Shown in pieces: positions 1 through 13,600 of a stretch of 64,000 bases of DNA. Where the stretch lies: positions 30,132,001 through 30,196,000 of the forward strand of contig OX597831.1 in NCBI GenBank assembly GCA_951406725.2. The letters are read 5' to 3'. This DNA is from Octopus vulgaris (taxonomy: Eukaryota). How positions within the stretch are numbered: the first letter of the stretch is position 1; every line of letters starts with the position of its first letter. A program made the translations under genes and the position numbers. The notes under the pieces were generated by a model that was not told the origin of the DNA, ran no database searches, and was given only the letters and a program-made list of their open reading frames with translations.

Positions 1-309
1 CCGACAATTTTCCGAAAATTTTAACCAAAAAGTTATCGAAAATTACCGAAAATTTTAACCAGAAAGTTTTCAAAAATTTTCATCGAAAGCTTTACCCAAA
101 AATTTACAGAAAATTTCACCCAAAAAGTTTTCGAATATTTTCCCCAAAAATTTCTCGAAAATTTTCACCTAAAATTTTCCCCAAAAATTTTTCGAAAATT
201 TTCACGGAAAATTTTCCCAAAAGTTTTTCGAAAATTTTCACGGAAAATTTTACCCAAAATTTTTCGAAAGTTTTACCCCAAAATTTGTCCAAAATTTTCC
301 CCGAGCTAA

Positions 310-500
310 AAATGGCTAAAAATAGATTTTTAGGTGGCTGTTGCTGCTGCTTTCTGTGTATAGAGTGAATTCTGGTTTACTCCTACTGTCAAGATGCCTC
401 ACCATCGACGATACACCAGATTCTGCTTTACACTTAACAACTATGACGATATCGACGTTTATAGACTTCAGCATATGGAGCATATTCGTTATATGGTTTA
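310..500. repeat. ~190-bp complex module embedded in satellite (copies ~10105-10303, ~10597-10680 partial, ~11120-11320)
   Basis: ggctaaaaatagatttttaggtggctgttgctgctgctttctgtgtatagagtgaattc...cttcagcatatggagcatattcgttatatgg occurs four times with divergence. Confidence 0.9.
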
Positions 501-842
501 TCGAAAATTTTAACCGAAAATTTTTGGCGAAACTTTTATCCAAAATTTTTTTTAAAATTTTCACTGAAAATTTTCAGCAAAAATCTTTCGAAAAATTTCA
601 CCGAAAATTTTCCCCAAAAATTTTTCGAAAATTTTCCCCAAAGATTTTTCGAAAATTTTCACCGAAATTTTACGCAAAAATTTTCCCCGAAAATTTTCTC
701 AAGAATTTTTCCAAAATTTTCATCGAAAATTTTCCACAAAAATTTTTCCAAAATTTTCACCGTAAATTTTTCCCCAAAAATTTTCCAAAATTTTCACAGA
801 AAATTTTACCTAAAAATTTTAGCGGTTCAAAAATCAGAAATT

Positions 843-1366
843 ATGGCTTTCCATACTTTGTGATTTTGGCACCGCTGGCCTTCCATACTTTTTGAAGTTG
901 GCACAGCTGGCCTTCCATACTTTTTGAGTTTGGCACCGCTGGCCTTCCATACTTTCTGATTTATGACAACCGATGCTGGTGTGTTTATGACAAAAATCAC
1001 AAATTATGGCTTTCCATACTTTGTGATTTTGGCACCGCTGGCCTTCCATACTTTATGATTTTGGCTCCGCTGGCCTTCCATACTTTTTGAAGTTGGCACC
1101 GCTGACCTACCATACTTTTTGAAGTTGGCACCGCTGGCCTTCCATACTTTTTGATTTTGGCTCCGCTGGCCCTCCATACTTCTTGATTTTAGCACCGCTG
1201 GCCTTCCATACTTTATGATTTTGGCTCCGCTGGCCATCCATACTTTTTGATTTTAGCACCGCTGGCCTTCCATACTTTTTGATTTTGGCACAGCCGGCCT
1301 TCCATACTTTTTGATTTTGGCACAGCTGGCCTTCCATACTTTTTGATTTTGGCACAGCTGGCTTTG
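843..1366. repeat. 32-bp minisatellite (gattttggcaccgctggccttccatacttttt)n; further blocks ~2730-3250, 4605-5065, 6373-6800, 8025-8320 and inverted 8788-9064
   Basis: Period read directly, e.g. gatttt at 1025 and 1057. Confidence 0.95.
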
Positions 1367-1594
1367 TGATTTTCGAAAATTTTTATTTAGAATTTTTCCA
1401 AAATTTTAACCGAAAATTCTACCCAAAAATTATATATGCACGTATATATATATGCACGTATATATATATATATACATGTAGGTATGTACATATATGGATG
1501 TATACATGCATATATTTATATATTATTTATATTATTATATGATCGAACGCCACGATTATATTTTCCAAGTAAGTTTTATATATATATATATATG

Positions 1595-1648
<54 letters not shown>

Positions 1649-1650
<2 letters not shown>

Positions 1651-1833
1651 CTCTCTTACTCTTTTACTTGTTTCAGTCATTTGACTGCGGCCATGCTGGA
1701 GCACCGCCTTCAATCGAGCAAATCGACCTCGGGACTTATTCTTTTGTAAGCCCAGTACTTATTCTATCGGTCTCTTTTGCTGAAAGTACTTATTCTAGGG
1801 GACAAACACAGACACACAAATACTCACACGCAT

Positions 1834-1866
<33 letters not shown>

Positions 1867-2002
1867 CATATATACGACGGGCTTCTTTTAGTTTCCGTCT
1901 ATCAAATCTACTCACAAGGCTTTGGTCGGCCCGAGGCTATAGCAGAAGACACTTACCCAAGGTCCACGCAGTGGGACTGAATCCGGAACCATGCGGTTGG
2001 TA
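1649..2002 (-). mobile_element. SINE group A (tRNA-derived, internal TA/CA tract), head-truncated, inside tandem unit; sister copies ~3526-3879, 5338-5701, 7023-7413, 9095-9484
   Basis: Matches the full copies at 26122-26530 and 50610-51030 (ttacttgtttcagtcatttgactgcggccatgctggagcaccgcc...gtgggactgaatccggaaccatg). Confidence 0.9.
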
Positions 2003-3462
2003 GATATATATATCATGGAAAATTTTCCCCAAAAATTTTTGCCGAAAATTTTCCCCAAAGATTTTTCGAAAATTTTCACAGAAATTTTACCTAAAAATTT
2101 TACGAAAGTTTTCCCTAAAAACTTTTCGAAGAGTTCCACTGAAAATTGTACGAAAAAATTTTTCGAGAATTTTCCCTAAAGATTTTTCGAAAATTTTAAC
2201 CATAAATTTTACGAAAATTTTCCCCAAAAACTTTTCGAAAATTTTACCCAAAAATCTCTCGAAAGTTTTCACCGAAAATTTTAACCAAATATATGTGTGT
2301 GTGTATGCGTGTGAGTATTTGTGTGTCTGTGTTTGTCCCCTAGAATAGTACAAAAACTTTTCGAAAATTTTCATAGAAAACTTTCCCCAAAAATTTTTGC
2401 CGAAAATTTTTACCAAAGAGTTTTCGAAAATTTTCCCCAAAAACTTTTCGAAGAGTTTCACTGAAAATTGTACCCAAAAATTTTTCGAAAATTTACCGAA
2501 AATTTTACCCAAAAATTTTTTACCGAAAATTTTACCCAAAAATTTTTACCGAAAATTTTCCCCAAAGATTTTTCGAAAATTTTCCCAAAATTTTTTCCAA
2601 AATTTTCATCCAAAATTTTCCACAAAAATTTTTCCAAAATTTTCACCGTAAATTTTTCCCCAAAAATTTTCCAAAATTTTCACAGAAAATTTTACCTAAA
2701 AATTTTAGCGGTTCAAAAATCAGAAATTATGGCTTTCCATACTTTGTGATTTTGGCACCGCTGGCCTTCCATACTTTTTGAAGTTGGCACAGCTGGCCTT
2801 CCATACTTTTTGAGTTTGGCACCGCTGGCCTTCCATACTTTCTGATTTATGACAACCGATGCTGGTGTGTTTATGACAAAAATCACAAATTATGGCTTTC
2901 CATACTTTGTGATTTTGGCACCGCTGGCCTTCCATACTTTATGATTTTGGCTCCGCTGGCCTTCCATACTTTTTGAAGTTGGCACCGCTGACCTACCATA
3001 CTTTTTGAAGTTGGCACCGCTGGCCTTCCATACTTTTTGATTTTGGCTCCGCTGGCCCTCCATACTTCTTGATTTTAGCACCGCTGGCCTTCCATACTTT
3101 ATGATTTTGGCTCCGCTGGCCATCCATACTTTTTGATTTTAGCACCGCTGGCCTTCCATACTTTTTGATTTTGGCACAGCCGGCCTTCCATACTTTTTGA
3201 TTTTGGCACAGCTGGCCTTCCATACTTTTTGATTTTGGCACAGCTGGCTTTGTGATTTACGAAAATTTTTACTTAGAATTTTTCCAAAATTTTAACCGAA
3301 AATTCTACCCAAAAATTATATATGCACGTATATATATATGCACGTATATATATATATATACATGTAGGTATGTACATATATGGATGTATACATGCATATA
3401 TTTATATATTATTTATATTATTATATGATCGAACGCCACGATTATATTTTCCAAGTAAGTTT

Positions 3463-3527
<65 letters not shown>

Positions 3528-5262
3528 CTCTCTTACTCTTTTACTTGTTTCAGTCATTTGACTGCGGCCATGCTGGAGCACCGCCTTTCAATCGAGCAAA
3601 TCGACCTCGGGACTTATTCTTTTGTAAGCCCAGTACTTATTCTATCGGTCTCTTTTGCTGAAAGTACTTATTCTAGGGGACAAACACAGACACACAAATA
3701 CTCACACGCATACACACACACATATATATATATATATATATGTACATATATACGACGGGCTTCTTTAGTTTCCGTCTATCAAATCTACTCACAAGGCTTT
3801 GGTCGGCCCGAGGCTATAGCAGAAGACACTTACCCAAGGTCCACGCAGTGGGACTGAATCCGGAACCATGCGGTTGGTAGATATATATATCATGGAAAAT
3901 TTTCCCCAAAAATTTTTGCCGAAAATTTTCCCCAAAGATTTTTCGAAAATTTTCACAGAAATTTTACCTAAAAATTTTACGAAAGTTTTCCCAAAAACTT
4001 TTCGAAGAGTTCCACTGAAAATTGTACGAAAAAATTTTTCGAGAATTTTCCCTAAAGATTTTTCGAAAATTTTAACCATAAATTTTACGAAAATTTTCCC
4101 CAAAAACTTTTCGAAAATTTTACCCAAAAATCTCTCGAAAGTTTTCACCGAAAATTTTAACCAAATATATGTGTGTGTGTATGCGTGTGAGTATTTGTGT
4201 GTCTGTGTTTGTCCCCTAGAATAGTACAAAAACTTTTCGAAAATTTTCATAGAAAACTTTCCCAAAAATTTTTGCCGAAAATTTTCCCCAAAGAGTTTTC
4301 GAAAATTTTCCCCAAAAACTTTTCGAAGAGTTTCACTGAAAATTGTACCCAAAAATTTTTCGAAAATTTACCGAAAATTTTACCCAAAAATTTTTTACCG
4401 AAAATTTTACCCAAAAATTTTTACCGAAAATTTTCCCCAAAGATTTTTCGAAAATTTTCCCAAAATTTTTTCCAAAATTTTCATCCAAAATTTTCCACAA
4501 AAATTTTTCCAAAATTTTCACCGTAAATTTTTCCCCAAAAATTTTTCCTAAATTTTCACAGAAAATTTTACCTAAAAATTTTAGCGGTTCAAAAATCACA
4601 AATTATGGCTTTCCATACTTTGTGATTTTGGCACCGCTGGCCTTCCATACTTTTTGAAGTTGGCACCGCTGGCCTTCCATACTTTTTGATTTTGGCTCCG
4701 CTGGCCCTCCATACTTTTTGATTTTTAGCACCGCTGGCCTTCCATACTTTATGATTTTGGCACAGCCGGCCTTCCATACTTTTTGCTTTTTGGCACAACT
4801 GGCCTTCCATACTTTTTGATTTTTTGGCACAGCTGGCCTTCCATACTTTTTGATTTTGGCACCGCTGGCCTTCCATACTTTATGATTTTGGCTCCGCTGG
4901 CCCTCCATACTTTTTGATTTTTAGCACCGCTGGCCTTCCATACTTTATGATTTTGGCACAGCCGGCCTTCCATACTTTTTGATTTTGGCACAGCTGGCCT
5001 TCCATACTTTTTGATTTTGGCACAGCTGGCCTTCCATACTTTCTGATTTTGGCACCGCTGGCTTTGTGATTTTTCGAATATTTTTACCGTAAATTTTAAC
5101 CGAAAATTCTACCCAAAAATTATATATGCACGTATATATATATATGCACGTATATATATATATACATGTCGGTATGTACATATATGGATGTATACATGCA
5201 TATATTTATATATTATTTATATTATTATATGATCGAACGCCACGATTATATTTTCCAAGTAA

Positions 5263-5316
<54 letters not shown>

Positions 5317-5522
5317 TATACATATATATATATATATTACTCTCTTACTCTTTTACTTGTTTCAGTCATTTGACTGCGGCCATGCTGGAGCACCGCCTTC
5401 AATCGAGCAAATCGACCTCGGGACTTATTCTTTTGTAAGCCCAGTACTTATTCTATCGGTCTCTTTTGCTGAAAGTACTTATTCTAGGGGACAAACACAG
5501 ACACACAAATACTCACACGCAT

Positions 5523-5571
<49 letters not shown>

Positions 5572-8044
5572 TACGACGGGCTTCTTTTAGTTTCCGTCTA
5601 TCAAATCTACTCACAAGGCTTTGGTCGGCCCGAGGCTATAGTAGAAGACACTTACCCAAGGTCCACGCAGTGGGACTGAATCCGGAACCATGCGGTTGGT
5701 AGATATATATATCATGGAAAATTTTCCCCAAAAATTTTTGCCGAAAATTTTCCCCAAAGATTTTTCGAAAATTTTCACAGAAATTTTACCTAAAAATTTT
5801 ACGAAAGTTTTCCCTAAAAACTTTTCGAAGAGTTCCACTGAAAATTGTACGAAAAAATTTTTCGAGAATTTTCCCTAAAGATTTTTCGAAAATTTTAACC
5901 ATAAATTTTACGAAAATTTTCCCCAAAAACTTTTCGAAAATTTTACCCAAAAATCTCTCGAAAGTTTTCACCGAAAATTTTAACCAAATATTTTTCGAAA
6001 ATTTTCACCAAATATTTTTACCAAAAACTTTTCGAAAATTTTCATAGAAAACTTTCCCCAAAAATTTTTGCCGAAAATTTTCCCCAAAGATTTTTCGAAA
6101 ACTTTCCCCAAAAACTTTTCGAAGAGTTTCACTGAAAATTGTACCAAAAAATTTTTCGAAAATTTACCGAAAATTTTACCCAAAAATTTTTACCGAAAAT
6201 TTTCCCCAAAGATTTTTCGAAAATTTTCCCAAAATTTTTCCAAAATTTTCATCCAAAATTTTCCACAAAAATTTTTCCAAAATTTTCACCGTAAAATTTT
6301 CCCCAAAAATTTTCCAAAATTTTCACAGAAAATTTTACCTAAAAATTTTAGCGGTTCAAAAATCAGAAATTAATGGCTTTCCATACTTTGTGATTTTGGC
6401 ACCGCTGGCCTTCCATACTTTTTGAAGTTGGCACCGCTGGCCTTCCATACTTTTTGATTTTTGGCTCCACTGGCCCTCCATACTTTTTGATTTTAGCACC
6501 GCTGGCCTTCCATACTTTATGATTTTGGCACAGCCGGCCTTCCATACTTTTTGCTTTTGGCACAACTGGCCTTCCATACTTTTTGATTTTTTGGCACAGC
6601 TGGCCTTCCATACTTTTTCATTTTGGCACCGCTGGCCTTCCATACTTTATGATTTTGGCTCCGCTGGCCCTCCATACTTTTTGATTTTAGCACCGCTGGC
6701 CTTCCATACTTTATGATTTTGGCACAGCCGGCCTTCCATACTTTTTGATTTTGGCACAGCTGGCCTTCCATACTTTCTGATTTTGGCACCGCTGGCTTTG
6801 TGATTTTTCGAATATTTTTACCGTAAATTTTAACCGAAAATTCTACCCAAAAATTATATATGCACGTATATATATATGCACGTATATATATATATACATG
6901 TCGGTATGTACATATATGGATGTATACATGCATATATTTATATATTATTTATATTATCATATGATCGAACGCCACGATTATATTTTCCAAGTAAGTTTTA
7001 TATATATATATATATATATATATTACTCTTTTACTCTTTTACCTGTTTCAGTCATTTGACTGCGGCCATGCTGGAGCACCGCCTTTAATTGAGCAACTCG
7101 ACCCCGGGACTTATTCTTTTGTAAGCCCAGTACTTATTCTATCGGTCTCTTTTGCCGAACCGCTAGGTGACGGGGACATAAACACACCAGCATTGTTTGT
7201 CAAGCAATGCTAGGGGACAAACACAGACACACGCATACACACACGCATACACACATATATATATATATATATATATACATATATACGACGGGCTTCTTTC
7301 AGTTTCCGTCTATCAAATCTACTCACAAGGCTTTGGTCGGCCCGAGGCTATAGTAGAAGACACTTACCCAAGGTGCCACGCAGTGGGACTGAATCCGGAA
7401 CCATGCGGTTGGTAGATATATATATCATGGAAAACTTTCCCCAAAAATTTTTGCCGAAAATTTTCCCCAAAGATTTTTCGAAAATTTTCACAGAAATTTT
7501 ACCTAAAAATTTTACGAAAATTTTCCCCAAAAACTTTTCGAAGAGTTCCACTGAAAATTGTACCAAAAAATATTACGAAAATTTTCCCTAAAGATTTTTC
7601 GAAAATTTTCACCGAAAATTTTAACCAAAAATTTTACGAAAATTTTCCCCCAAAATTTTTCGAAAATTTTACCCAAAAATCTTTCGAAAGTTTTCACCGA
7701 AAATTTTACCCAAATATTTTTCGAAAATTTTCTCCAAATATTTTCACCAAAAACTTTTCGAAAATTTTCATAGAAAACTTCCCCAAAAATTTTTGCCGAA
7801 AATTTTCCCCAAAGATTTTTCGAAAATTTTCACAGTAATTTTACCCAAAAATTTTACGAAAATTTTCCCCGAAAATTTTCCCAAAACTTTTTCCAAAATT
7901 TTCATCGAAAATTTTCCACAAAAATTTTTCCAAAATCTTCACCGTAAATTTTTCCCCAAAAATTATCCAAAATTTTCACCGAAAATTTTACCTAAAAATT
8001 TTAGCGGTTCAAAAATTACAAATTATGGCTTTCCATACTTTGTG

Positions 8045-9064
8045 ATTTTGGCACCGCTGGCCTTCCATACTTTTTGAAGTTGGCACCGCTGGCCTTCCAT
8101 ACTTTTTGAAGTTGGCACCATTGGCCTTCCCTACTTTTTGATTTTGGCACCGTTGGCCTTCCATACTTTTTGATTTTGGCTAAGCTGGCCCTCCAAACTT
8201 TTTGATTTTTAGCACCGCTGGCCTTCCATACTTTATGATTTTGGCACAGCCGGCCTTCCATACTTTTTGATTTTTGCACAGCTGGCCTTCCATACTTTCT
8301 GATTTTGGCACCGCTGGCTTTCTGATTTTTCGAATATTTTTAACTAAAATTTTTCCAAAATTTTAACCGAAAATTCTACCCAAAAATTATATATGCACGT
8401 ATATATATATACACGTATATATATATATACATGTAGGTATGTACATATATGGATGTATACATGCATATATTTATATATTATTTATATTATTATATGATCG
8501 AACGCCACGATTATATTTTCCAAGTAAGTTTTATATACATATATATATATATATATATAAAACTTACTTGGAAAATATAATCGTGGCGTTCGATCATATA
8601 ATAATATAAATAATATATAAATATATGCACGTATACAACCATATATGTACATACCTACATGTATATATATATATATACGTGCATATATATATACGTGCAT
8701 ATATATATACGTGCATATATAATTTTTGGGTAGAATTTTCGGTTAAAACTTTGGAAAAATTTTAGTTAAAAATATTCGAAAAATCACAAAGCCAGCGGTG
8801 TCTAAATCAGAAAGTATGGATGGCCAGCTGTGCCAAAATCAAAAAGTATGGAAGGCCAGCTGTGCCAAAATCAAAAAGTATGGAAGGCCGGCTGTGCCCA
8901 AATCATAAAGTATGGAAGGCCAGCGGTGCTAAAAATCAAAAAGTTTGGAGGGCCAGCTTAGCCAAAATCAAAAAGTATGGAAGGCCAACGGTGCCAAAAT
9001 CAAAAAGTAGGGAAGGCCAATGGTGCCAACTTCAAAAAGTATGGAAGGCCAGCGGTGCCAAAAT
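8045..9064. repeat. ~1 kb imperfect palindrome centred on (TA)n at ~8548
   Basis: ttccaagtaagtttta(TA)n taaaacttacttggaa at the centre. The 32-bp repeats right of centre are reverse complements of those on the left. Confidence 0.93.
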
Positions 9065-9325
9065 ATATGTATATATATATACATATATATATATTACTCT
9101 TTTACTCTTTTACTTCTTTCAGTCATTTGACTGCGGCCATGCTGGAGCACCGCCTTTAATCGAGCAACTCGACCCTGGGACTTATTCTTTTGTAAGCCCA
9201 GTACTTATTCTATCGGTCTCTTTTGCCGAACCGCTAGGTGACGGGGACATAAACACACCAGCATCGGTTGTCAAGCAATGCTAGGGGACAAACACAGACA
9301 CACAAATACACACACGCATACACAC

Positions 9326-9356
<31 letters not shown>

Positions 9357-11559
9357 CGACGGGCTTCTTTCAATTTCCGTCTATCAAATCTACTCACAAG
9401 GCTTTGGTCGGCCCGAGGCTACAGTAGAAGACACTTACCCAAGGTGCCAAGCAGTGGGACTGAACCCGGAACCATGCGGTTGGTAGATATATATATCATG
9501 GAAAACTTTCCCCAAAAATTTTTGCCGAAAGATTTTTCGAAAATTTTCACAGAAATTTTACCTAAAAATTTTACGAAAATTTTCCCCAAAAACTTTTCGA
9601 AGAGTTCCACTGAAAATTGTACCAAAAAATTTTTCAAAAATTTTCCCTAAAGATTTTTCGAAAATTTTCACCGAAAATTTTAACCAAAAATTTTACGAAA
9701 ATTTTCCCCCAAAATTCTTCGAAAATTTTACCCAAAAATCTTTCGAAAGTTTTCACCGAAAATTTAACCCAAAAATTTTTCGAAAATTTTCACCAAGTAT
9801 TTTCACCAAAAACTTTTCGGAAATTTTCATGGAAAACTTTCCCCAATAATTTTTGCCGAATATTTTCCCCAAAGATGTTTCGAAAATTTTCACAGAAATT
9901 TTACCTAAAAATTTTACGAAAATTTTCCCCAAAAACTTTTCGAAGAGTTCCACTGAAAATTTTCCCTAAAGATTTTTCGAAAATTTTCACCGAAAATTTT
10001 AACCAAAAATTTTACGAAAATTTTACCCAAAAAGTTTTCGAAAATTTTCAGCAAGTATTTTCCCCAAAAACTTTTCGAAGAGTTCCACTGAAAATTGTAC
10101 CAAAAAATAGATGTTATGGCTAAAAATAGATTTTTAGGTGGCTGTTGCTGCTGCTTTCTGTGTATAGAGTGAATTCTCGTACAATATTACAGTCAAGATG
10201 CCTCACCATCCCCGGTACACCAGATTCTGCTTTACAACTTTACAACTATGACGATATCGACTTTTATAGACTTCAGCATATGGAGCATATTCGTTATATG
10301 GGTTTTCGAAAATTTTCACCGAAAATTTTAAGCAAAAATTTTTCAAAAATTTTAACCGAAAATTTTCCCAAAAATTAAAAAAAAAATTTTTGCCGAAAAT
10401 TCTCCCCAAAAATTTTTCGGAAATTTACCGAAACTTTTCACCGAATATTTTACCCAAAAATCTTTCGAAAGTTTTCCCCGAAAATTTTACCGAAAAATCT
10501 TTCGAAAATTTTCACCGAAAATTTTCACCACAGATTTTTTTGAAAATTTTCGCCGAAAATTTTACCCCAAAATTTGTCGAAAATTTTCCCAGAGATAAAA
10601 ATAGATGTTATGGCTAAAAATAGATTTTTCGGTGGCTGTTGCTACTGCTCTCTGTGTATAGAGTGAATTCTGGTTCAATATTTAAAAACAAATTTTTGCC
10701 GAAAATTCTCCCCAAATATTTTTCGAAAATTTAACGAAAATTTTCACCAGAAATTTTTCGAAAATTTACCGAAAATTTTACCCAAAAATCTTTCGAAATT
10801 TTCACCGAAAATTTTACCCAAAAATTTTTCGAAAATTTTCACCAAATATTTTCACCAAAAACTTTTCGAAAATTTTTACCGAAAATTTTCCCCAAGTTTT
10901 TCGAAAATTTTCACCGAAAATTTTACCCAAAAATCTTTCGAAAATTTTCACCGAAAATTATCCCCAAAAATCTGTCGAAAATTTTCACCGAAAATTTTAC
11001 GAAAATTTTCCCCAAAAATGTTTCGAAAATTTCGAAGGGTTTCACTGAAAATTTTACCAAAAAATTTTCTAAAATTCTCTCCAAAAACTTTTTCCAAAAT
11101 TTTCACCGAAAATTTTTCCCAAAAATAGATGTCAAAGTTAAAAACTGAGTTTTAGGTGGCTGCTGCTTTCTGTATATATATAGCGTGAATTCTGGTGTTC
11201 TACTACAGTCAAGATGCCTCACCATCCCCGATACCCCAATTTCTGCTTTACACTTAATAACTATGACGTGATCGACGTTTATTGACTTCAGCATATGGAG
11301 CATATTCGTTATATGGGTTTTCGAAAATTTTCACCAAAAACTTTCCCCAAAAATTTTTCCAAAGTTTTCACCGAAAATTTTACCCAAAAATTTCTCGAAA
11401 ATTTTCACCGAAAATTTTCCCCAAAACTTTTTCGAAAATTTTCACCGAAAATTTTCCCCAATAGATTAGAAATTGTGATAAAAAAATCACGTTGACAAAA
11501 CATGTCACCGCAGAGATATGTCAATGAAAGCAGAGTGCAACACTTCTGTAGAAACAATT

Positions 11560-11770
11560 CAAATGTTATTTATACCAAAGGACCTTGAGGTTTCAAAACA
11601 TGGCATCTAAGAATGTCAACTATATCTGATCTGTGAACATAGGAGCTTTGGGGACAATACCTGAAGGCGCTCTTAAACACCATGGACAAATATCTGGAAA
11701 CTTAAAAGCATCAGAAGTACAAAAAGTTGTTCTCCTGGATACTGTCAACGTTCAAAGAAAAAGTTGTCAA
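11560..11770 (+). mobile_element. Degenerate C-terminal (RLE-type) fragment of R4/Dong-like non-LTR retrotransposon
   Basis: Translates with disruptions to ...IGALGTIPEGALKHHGQISGNLKASEVQKVVLLDTVNVQRK, resembling the IGALG...QK.VLLGTA.ILRK end of this clade. Confidence 0.7.
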
Positions 11771-12124
11771 CTTGGAAATGCCTGATTCTCTGAAAACTCT
11801 TTCAAAACTGAAGTGTTACAAATTTAACAGTCTTAATGCAATGTTATAACCAGTTCAAATCTTCTTGCGGCACGACTGGACTAATAAAGAAGCCATTCAT
11901 TTTGTTTTATCGCGGAGAAAATTTCTTGCTGTTGACAATGGTGTAGATACACCTAGATTAGTTCGCAGCGCCCCGTTTCCAGACTGTGAGATGCAGTCTT
12001 TCGGAATAGTTATCTCTTCTTCGGTCACAGATACTGGGCAGAGGGCATTTCAAACTGATGAAAAAGAGCGACTCTCATGTTATTTCAGTCACCCTATGAT
12101 GGCTGATGTGGAGGCACAGGAACC

Positions 12125-12515
12125 TAGTTTCAAAGTGGCCAGATTACAAGAAAGCCTTTGACTCTGTTCCCCACTCATGGATGCCAGAAGCTCCTAAACT
12201 TGCTAAAGTTCCAGAGGGAATAGTCAAAGCCATAGCTGACCTGACTTCATCGAGGGCCACCATCTTGAAATTAAACACAAAGAATGACTGTATTGTCACC
12301 CATAGAATACAGTGTCGCAAACGTATATTCTAAGGAGACAGCCTCTCTGTGGTGTTGTTTATGCTTTCCGTAAACCCTTTGTCATTCATGTTAAGAGAAT
12401 CTGAAGGATATGTCACTGGTTCACAAGGAAACAGAAATACCAAAATTATACACTGTTTCTTTGTGGATGACTTAAAACTTTATGCAAAGAATATGCATGA
12501 GATGGAAAAGAGCCT
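12125..12515 (+). pseudogene. Reverse-transcriptase fragment of R4/Dong-like non-LTR retrotransposon
   Basis: DYKKAFDSVPHSWM, RIF*GDSLS, LFMLSVNPLSFML and HCFFVDDLKLYAKN motifs in one frame with a stop. Confidence 0.85.
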
Positions 12516-13029
12516 TGTGTTCCACAGGGGGGGGGGGGGGAACTAGTGTAGTCCTTCAAAAAGAAAAAAAATTGTCAACCCAAAGTACGTTGTTGCCAGT
12601 TGCAAGGTGAGGGTGAAGCTGCAGCAATGGAACAGTCACCCTCCTGACAGAACCGTCGATGACAAAATTGCCATTACTTGCAGAAATTAAAAAAAAACCC
12701 AAAAAGAATAATGGTATAACCCCCCCCGCCACAAAAAAAAAACAAACAAACAAAAGAAAAAAATCTAAATAAAAATACACTCCATCACTGCGATCTAGTG
12801 ATTCTAATGTAACATGAACGTTAAATTAAATTATGTTCCTTATTCCACTCAGCTATGGACACAGTAAGCCACCCGCTCACCACCCCGCCTTCAAGAATTA
12901 AGGTTCTGCCAAGGAGTGGGAGAATCCACTAACATGAGAGTCACATAAAAGACTTCTATCTTGGCCCAAGGGCAATTAATGTATCAGAACTCCGGCCGAA
13001 ACTTATTTCAGTATATACATACATACATA

Positions 13030-13600
13030 CAGTAATACCTCGCCATATAGCGGTTCACTTATCACGGGTCACCTAACACGGTTTATTATTTAAGCTTACG
13101 TCGATTCCTCCATGGTGTTGTTTGGCATTTGTAATAGAACAAATACAGACAAATGATGATGATGACGACGACGACACATTTAGGCGGCGATAAACATTAC
13201 TTCTCAGTATAAATACTAATTTTGTCTTTAATAGAGATTTTCTTAACGAGTTAGTTTCCATAAAAAAAATGAAGTATTTAAAAAAATTAATTAAAAAAAT
13301 GAAAAATAAAATGGTTGGGAGAGAACTGTTTAATCAAAGTAGCCGCCCTCAACACCCTCCTTTGCCTCAAGACGGCCCCGGAACCGCACCGCGTCTTGTA
13401 GCCTTTACAGCGTTTATAGAGAACTGAGCAGCCGTTAAGACGTTGGCATTTTGATATCCGGTGCAAATCATCACGATTCAATATTCAAATAATTTTCATT
13501 CCTCCATGTGTGAAAGCTTTTTCCCGATCACAACTTTAATCCTTATGCTTCCGATGCCATTGACCGTTCACCCATGCATCGAACTGTTCCTGAAAAAAGG
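13030..13600. mobile_element. Possible pogo/Tigger-like DNA transposon remnant
   Basis: TA followed by cagtaatacctcgccatatagcggttcacttatcacgg resembles a Tigger-type TIR. No partner TIR or clear transposase seen. Confidence 0.3.

Larger units (their letters stand above)
821..9490. repeat. Higher-order tandem units (~1.65-1.9 kb): 32-bp minisatellite + TA-rich block + SINE + A4T4 satellite
   Basis: Marker agcggttcaaaaat recurs at 821, 2707, 4583, 6350, 8003 (spacings 1886, 1876, 1767, 1653), each followed by the same module order. Confidence 0.93.
1..11460. repeat. Composite satellite domain: A4T4-rich short-period satellite with interspersed 32-bp minisatellite, SINE and a ~190-bp module
   Basis: Continuous degenerate ~11-12 bp units (cgaaaatttt / ccaaaaatttt) from the window start to ~11460. 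The K/F/I/N-rich ORFs are translations of it. Confidence 0.95.

Noticed and set aside
843-1366. 32-bp repeats as CRISPR direct repeats
   Set aside because: Units are contiguous with no spacers; it is a minisatellite.
316-11495. K/F/I/N-rich and MEGQR/KVWKAS ORFs as proteins
   Set aside because: They are open in several frames and on both strands, as expected for translated satellite.
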